From positions 18,042,001 to 18,106,000 of the forward strand of contig CM075984.1 in the NCBI GenBank assembly GCA_038087875.1: a stretch of 64,000 nt of DNA, in the 5' to 3' direction. Shown one piece after another: positions 60,295 to 64,000 of this stretch (its first letter is position 1; each line of letters starts with the position of its first letter). This DNA comes from Malacoraja senta (taxonomy: Eukaryota). The translations under genes were made by a program, and so were the position numbers. The notes under the pieces were generated by a model. That model saw nothing but the letters and a program-made list of their open reading frames with translations, was not told where the DNA came from and did no database searches.

Positions 60295-60550
60295 ACGATG
60301 ATGTGCGGGGTGAGTTTTTTTACATGAAGGAGCGGTGGGTGCCTGGAAACATGCTACCAGGGGTGGTAGTGGAGGCAGATGCCATAGTGGCATTTAAGAG
60401 GCTTTCCGGTAGGCACAAGGATATGCAAGGAATGGAGGAATGTGGATCATGTGCAGGCAGAGGAGATTTGTGTATCTTGGCATCATTTTCGGCACAGACA
60501 TTGTGGGCCAAAGGGTCTGTTCCTGTGCTGTACTGTGCTGTATGTTCTAC
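60295..60550 (+). mobile_element. CR1 3' end
   Basis: ggtgcctggaa...ggcatttaagaggc...gtgggccaaagggtctgttcc. Confidence 0.75.
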
Positions 60551-60994
60551 TTTCCCCAGTTCTTTGTGTTGATCATCCCTTCAAAAGTTGATCTCCTCAT
60601 TTATGGAAGCCAAAAGGAAAGTTGTCACAATATTTTGCAAAGAACAGACCTGATTTATTCAGGGCTAACCAATATTCTTGTTGGGAGTTTGTCCAACAAT
60701 ACAATGGCTTTGCATCTGTGGTGGAGTTATATTTATGTTCTTATTATGACAGAGAAGGATATCATTTTGTGATCGGGTCCTGTCAGGGTAATCCCACCAC
60801 TCCCATTTCATCTCTTTTGATTTGCCTATAGCTCCACAATATTACATTTCTGTCATCCTCCTTGAATTGTTTTTCCACTTGCCTATAAGAGGCAATATAA
60901 ACCACCAAGTGCCTTCTCAGTGCATCTTTAGTATATGAGAGGAAACCAAAACACCAGGGGAAACCCATGAGTTCACAAGAAGAATGTGCCAAGC

Positions 60995-61290
60995 TTACCA
61001 TTTTAACTCCCATTCCCATAAAAACCTTTCTGTCCTGGGCCTCCTCCATTACCAATACACTGGAGGAACAACACCTCATATTCCGCTCGGGTAGTTTACA
61101 ATCCAACAGTAGGAACATTTAATTTTCCAATTTTAGGTATCCTCTAACAACCCCACCCCTTCATCCCCGTCCACTTTCTCTCCCCCCCCCTCCCTCCCTT
61201 GTGCTCCACCTACACTCGAATCTATTTCTCCTTTCCCCTCCCCCGCTCCTACACCTTCTCCTGGAGGGAATGGATAGGCAATGTTTTGGG
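60995..61290 (+). mobile_element. Decayed Penelope GIY-YIG C-terminus and 3' UTR
   Basis: HFNS..LSVLGLLH..LEEQHLIFR.GSLQ relic, homologous to the end of the 1290-aa ORF. Confidence 0.75.
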
Positions 61291-61834
61291 TTTGGAATGA
61301 AATTCTCGTTGTTCAATGCTTCTTGAAAACTGTGGAATTAGTTTAAACACAGCTGAGTGATTTTCTTTAAAATAGTAATTGGAAGAAGATTTGCTCTTGT
61401 ACTTATTATATTGGCAAAGAAATGATCAGTGGGAATCTTCCGTTTTATATTTGCCTTGCTGTTTGTCAACTCTAATCATGGTCTGTGAATGGATATTGGA
61501 AGGTTTGCTAAAACAGCCTGTGTAACTTTTAATTTTCTTTCCCCCCATGTGGGCAGTAACTGACATCCAATTAGGACTTCATGAAACCAACACAGCTAGG
61601 ATCTGTAAATCACAATGATGCAAAATCTAAAATTGGCACTGAATTAAAATTCTGCTGTACTGTGCCAACAATATTAAAGCAGGAAGAAATAAATATAACA
61701 GACAGTGTGTGGACAGTTTTTGAAATAACTGGCATATAGGTCAGAGATAATGTGTTAAATACTTCAATGCAATTTGAAATATATCATAGATTGAGATTGC
61801 ATGGAGAACTTGTCATGCATTTCTTTGGGATTGA

Positions 61835-62048
61835 AAACACAAGAAACTGCAGATGCTGGAATCTTGAGCCAAACACAAAGTGCTGTAGGAATTCAACAGG
61901 TCAGGCAGCATTTGTGAAGGGAAAGGACAAAGATGTTTCAGGTTGGGATCCTTCTTCGGACTGATTGGACCTGATCTAAAACATCATCTGTCCATTCCCT
62001 CCGCAGATGCTGCCTGACCCGCTGAGTTCCTTCAGCTCTTTGTGTTTT
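61835..62048. mobile_element. Fold-back Penelope remnant
   Basis: aactgcagatgctgg...ggtcaggcagcat...gatgctgcctgacccgctgagttcc. Confidence 0.8.
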
Positions 62049-62714
62049 ACTCTTTGAGATTAAAGGTGACTTGCTTCCATTCTGTTTTTGTGAGTTCTCA
62101 GCTGACCCTTGAGGCCAGTGTGGGAATCTCAGCCTCTCCCACAGATGGGGTGGAGGTGTCTGTTGGGATGGGTGGAGGGGTGGTTTGTCATTGCCTCATC
62201 CTTCTGCAACATATGCTGGGTTGGCTATGTGGCCCTGCTGAATGAGCTGGAGGATTTTGGCTCCATCATGAAAGCTCAATTTTGAGTGATTGTAGGCCAG
62301 TGATTTTTCTACTTTCAGTGGTGGTCACGTTTCATCAAGGAGACTTTGAGAATATCTTGCCAAAAATGGCCTCGGCAAAATGAATGCATGCAAATTGTGC
62401 CACAAAGGGTAAATAGCAGATGTAAGCAGCAGTTCCTGATCAGACGCGTTGAACAGAAATGGACTCTTTGGAAACGAACGTCTAGGGGGTAGTCTGATGG
62501 AGTCTCCAAGATGATGAAAGGGGCTGAAAAGGGTGACATATTTGCACTCATGGGTGAATATCAAAGCTAAACATCATAAATGCAAACGAGCCACCAACAG
62601 ATCAATTAGGGAATTCTGGAGTAACTTCTTTACCAAGAGAGTGGTCCGAAGGTACACCTCATAGGTCCACAGCATTTTAAGGAAAAGGTGGCAGAAGATG
62701 TTGCAGCTTGAAAG

Positions 62715-63010
62715 AGTGTACCAGCAGACTCAGGAACAGCTTCTTCCCCTCTGTTATCAGGCGTCTGAATGGTCCTTCCATGAGCAAGGTTATTGTCTGA
62801 TTCACCTCTACCCTATTGAGGACATTGCACTTTGTCCATGGAACTAATGCATTACAATGCTGAGAACTATATTCTGCATTCTATATCTTCCCCTTTGTAC
62901 ATGAGTTTGATTTGATTGAGTTTATGTATGGTATGGCCAATCTGTTCGGATAGCATGCAGGATTTTCTCACTGCACCTTTAATCACATGTGCAATAATAA
63001 ACCTATTCCT
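62715..63010 (+). mobile_element. Rex1/Babar-like 3' end
   Basis: RLRNSFFPSVIR.LN relic; cacatgtgcaataataaa. Confidence 0.7.
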
Positions 63011-63122
63011 AATGCATGAGAAGGAATAGAATAAAGAAATACGTAGACTAGTAAAGCAACGGAGGATGGAAGGCGACCCAGTTGGAATATGTACTTCCCA
63101 TAGCTCAGATCGATGTTTTATA

Positions 63123-64000
63123 TCTATATTACTAAAAATAAGATCTTGACCGCTTTTGACTCACTGCGATTTGATTTCCGAGAGAACGCTGCCACTTACG
63201 GCCATCATATTTGACCACCTCGCTCAGAGTCCTCCTCCGCTGAGTTGGACCAGAGAATTTATCCCATCGATGAAACATAAAAGATTTATTAATGTTTTTA
63301 AAAATGTTGACCTTCTCTCTGCTGCCCCTGCTGGTGGGAGGGGGGAGAGACTATAACACCCGGAAGTGTTGTGCCTCAGCCAGTTTCTGCAAGATGGGGG
63401 AAGTGAGAGGGTCATGTCTCTCAGTCTGAGCTGTGAATAACAGTGAACACATGTCTACTAATCTGTGAGTGTGGTTTTACTGACCTTCAGTGCCCTTAAT
63501 GTGGTTTGGAAATGAAAATATGGTTGGTTTGAAGTAAAGAGCACATCAAATGGTGGTTTGGGTGCTTTGGGTTGAAGTAAAAGGCACTGCAAATGGTGGT
63601 TTGGGTGCTTTGGGTTGAAGTAATAGGCACTGCAAATGGTGGTTTGGGTGGTTTGGGTTGAAGTAAAAGGCACTGCAAATGGTGGCTTGGGTGCTTTGGG
63701 TTCAAGTAAAAGGCACTGCAAATGGTGGTTTGGGTGCTTTGGGTTGAAGTAAAAGGCACTGCAAATGGTGGTTTGGGTGCTTTGGGTTGAAGTAAAAGGC
63801 ACTGCAAATTGTGGTTTGGGTGCTTTGGGTTGAAGTAAAAGGCACTGCAAATGGTGGTTTGGGTGGTTTGGGTTGAAGTAAAAGGCACTGCAAATGGTGG
63901 CTTGGGTGCTTTGGGTTGAAGTAAAAGGCACTGCAAATGGTGGCTTGGGTGCTTTGGGTTGAAGTAAAAGGCACTGCAAATGGTGGCATGTGTGCTTTGG
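63123..64000 (+). mobile_element. Probable Helitron 5' portion
   Basis: A|TCtatattactaaaa 5' end resembles those of units 1-3; the 3' end is outside the window. Confidence 0.5.
63552..64000. repeat. 43-bp minisatellite, ~10 copies, runs off the window end
   Basis: Unit ggtggtttgggtgctttgggttgaagtaaaaggcactgcaaat; starts at 63552, 63595 and onward. Confidence 0.95.

Noticed and set aside
63458-63989. Cys/His-rich repetitive ORFs resembling zinc fingers; CRISPR-like periodicity
   Set aside because: Translations of a 43-bp minisatellite (not a multiple of 3) with no unique spacers, in a eukaryotic context

Overview
This is eukaryotic, repeat-dense non-genic (intergenic or intronic) DNA. The repeat set points to a cartilaginous fish, probably a skate or ray (inference): tRNA-derived V-type/HE1-like SINEs with CR1-like tails, CR1 and Rex1/Babar LINE fragments, and Deu-SINE relics. 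I could not recognise any host exon with confidence. The only intact long ORF (47585-51457, minus, 1290 aa) is a very young Penelope-like element (Neptune-type, RT + GIY-YIG). It has three near-identical pLTR copies (two direct, one inverted), each carrying a minimal hammerhead-ribozyme motif, and a 14-bp TSD. It sits inside a nested stack: an old CR1 fragment split by two convergent blocks of head-to-tail non-autonomous Helitrons, one of which carries what looks like a captured host exon. Other notable elements are a decayed DIRS1-type tyrosine-recombinase retroelement with intact ITR/ICR architecture (5033-8469), a Vingi/Ingi-like LINE with TSD, a TIR MITE, about 20 short hammerhead-bearing Penelope remnants (often fold-back), and a Helitron-like 5' end followed by a 43-bp minisatellite at the window end. 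There are four N gaps. Boundaries of decayed repeats are approximate (roughly +/-10-30 bp) and family names come from motif recognition, not database searches.
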